Origin: Thermoguttaceae bacterium
GTDB lineage: Bacteria > Planctomycetota > Planctomycetia > Pirellulales > Thermoguttaceae
Assembly: GCA_045651945.1 (NCBI GenBank)
Contig: JAZRTH010000049.1
Location: 1 to 36,220 of the forward strand
DNA length: 36,220 nt
Direction: 5' to 3'
A model generated the notes under the pieces. That model was not told the DNA's origin. It did not search any database and was given only the letters and a program-made list of their open reading frames with translations. Position numbers and translations under genes: made by a program. Below, one piece after another: positions 35,265 through 36,220 of the stretch; position 1 is the stretch's first letter, and each line of letters begins with the position of its first letter.

Positions 35265-35284
35265 ATAGTCGTTATTCATGCCAG

Positions 35285-35321
35285 GCGTCAGCGCATATCA
35301 AAACGCTGACGCTTGTTTTTT
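35285..35321 (+). terminator. Rho-independent terminator for the FGE-sulfatase-domain gene
   Basis: GCGTCAGCG (35285-35293) / CGCTGACGC (35304-35312) followed by TTGTTTTTT. Confidence 0.7.
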
Positions 35322-35342
35322 AGACGTTGCTTCTTAGCGGGA

Positions 35343-36220
35343 CTACGCTTTTTCCCAGGTTGTCGTTTTGTCCGGGCGGTCTTCCAGTTTGACGCCCAGT
35401 TCTTTCAGCGCGTCGCGAATCAGGTCGCTTGTCGCCCAGTCTTTGTTCTGTCGGGCGTTGGCGCGAATCCGAATAATCAGGTTCATCAAGCCGTCAACGA
35501 GCGAGTTGTCTTCGGCGCTGTCGTCCTGACCGGCTTTCTTGGGCGGTTCGAGGAACAGACCCAAAGCCCCCGCCAGTTCGCGGAACGTCTTGACGCCCTG
35601 AACGAGCTGCGCGACGGCTTCCGGCGTTGGAGCGGTTTCCAGTTTCTGGTCGTCGATGAACTTGTTGAGCTTCTTGAGCAGGTCGAACAGCTCGGCGATT
35701 CCCGCGCCGGTGTTGAAGTCGTCGTCCATGGCGTCGAGGAACGTCTTTCGGCTTTGCGCGACCGCTTGCAACAGTTCCGACTGACCCGGATCGAACTCGC
35801 CGGCGTCGCGGGTTTTGGCGAATTCCGTCTGATAGAATTTCGTTCCCGTAACGCGGTCAAAGCGTTTGAAGAATCGATAGAACGCTTCCAAGCCGGTTTG
35901 GACTTCTTCGATGCGTCTGACGGAATAGTCAATCGGACGTCTATAATGAGTTGACAGCAGGAAGAAACGAATCGTTTCGCCGGCAAACGTCTTGAGCATG
36001 TCGCGGAACGGAACAGAGCCTTTGGACTTGCTGATTTTACCGGCTTCCTGCGAGGCGATGTCGCCTTCTTTGGCTTCCGGAGCGTCTGCCGCCTTGGTCT
36101 TGCGTCCGCCGACTTTTCCGATTTCGTCCGACGCCTGCATCAGACCGTTGTGCATCCAGTATTTGACGTACGGTTTGCCGCTGCGCGCTTCCGACTGGGC
36201 GATTTCGTTTTCGTGGTGCG
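35343..36220 (-). CDS. cysS: Cysteine--tRNA ligase, C-terminal part (5' end outside the window)
   Basis: The reading frame is open to the window edge. It contains HHENEIAQSEA, the KMSKS-type loop KISKSKG and LRFFLLSTHYRRPIDYS, characteristic of class I CysRS. Confidence 0.9.
   Translation of the reverse strand, partial: HHENEIAQSEARSGKPYVKYWMHNGLMQASDEIGKVGGRKTKAADAPEAKEGDIASQEAGKISKSKGSVPFRDMLKTFAGETIRFFLLSTHYRRPIDYSVRRIEEVQTGLEAFYRFFKRFDRVTGTKFYQTEFAKTRDAGEFDPGQSELLQAVAQSRKTFLDAMDDDFNTGAGIAELFDLLKKLNKFIDDQKLETAPTPEAVAQLVQGVKTFRELAGALGLFLEPPKKAGQDDSAEDNSLVDGLMNLIIRIRANARQNKDWATSDLIRDALKELGVKLEDRPDKTTTWEKA

Noticed and set aside
35313-35954. 213-aa plus-strand ORF and 166-aa minus-strand ORF in the cysS region
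   Set aside because: They are shadow or alternate-frame ORFs of cysS. The cysS frame carries the HHENEIAQ and KxSKS signatures.

Overview
Bacterial chromosomal window with about 26 credible protein genes, mostly on the minus strand. I saw no rRNA, tRNA, CRISPR array, transposase or integrase. Backbone genes: ftsH, xseB, guaA, queG, prs, a PPi-type phosphofructokinase and the 3' part of cysS. Also present: a Tat-signal 5'-nucleotidase, a Tat-signal Gfo/Idh/MocA oxidoreductase, an M48 protease, a nitroreductase, a DUF308/HdeD-like membrane protein, a GH89-like glycosidase and a Tat-signal MBL-fold hydrolase. The gene content (Tat-exported Gfo/Idh/MocA, FGE-sulfatase-domain protein, mostly weak Shine-Dalgarno sites) resembles Planctomycetota/PVC bacteria, but that is inference only. 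Accessory content stands out in four ways. (i) A compact four-gene minus-strand operon at 27501-31183 is the best candidate for an undescribed system. It encodes an E2/UBC-like protein with two N-terminal tandem repeats, a JAB(JAMM)-E1(ThiF) fusion, a 95-aa single-pass membrane/coiled-coil protein, and a 195-aa Pro/Arg-rich protein ending in a 15-aa Asn/Gly repeat. It is ubiquitin-type conjugation machinery with no recognisable Ubl, cyclase or known effector. (ii) A divergently transcribed, AT-rich pair of secreted proteins lies at 31559-35215: a repeat/coiled-coil protein and an FGE-sulfatase-domain protein. (iii) Three paralogous ankyrin-repeat genes (10, 12 and 14 repeats) share an N-terminal module. 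One of them is low in G+C and bracketed by inverted copies of a ~50-nt double-hairpin element. (iv) The intergenic sequence is unusually structured: tandem heptanucleotide arrays abutting start and stop codons, REP/MITE-like double hairpins, a conserved 3'-end element, and a run of unrelated perfect hairpins. All calls come from reading the sequence and the ORF track. No database search was run.
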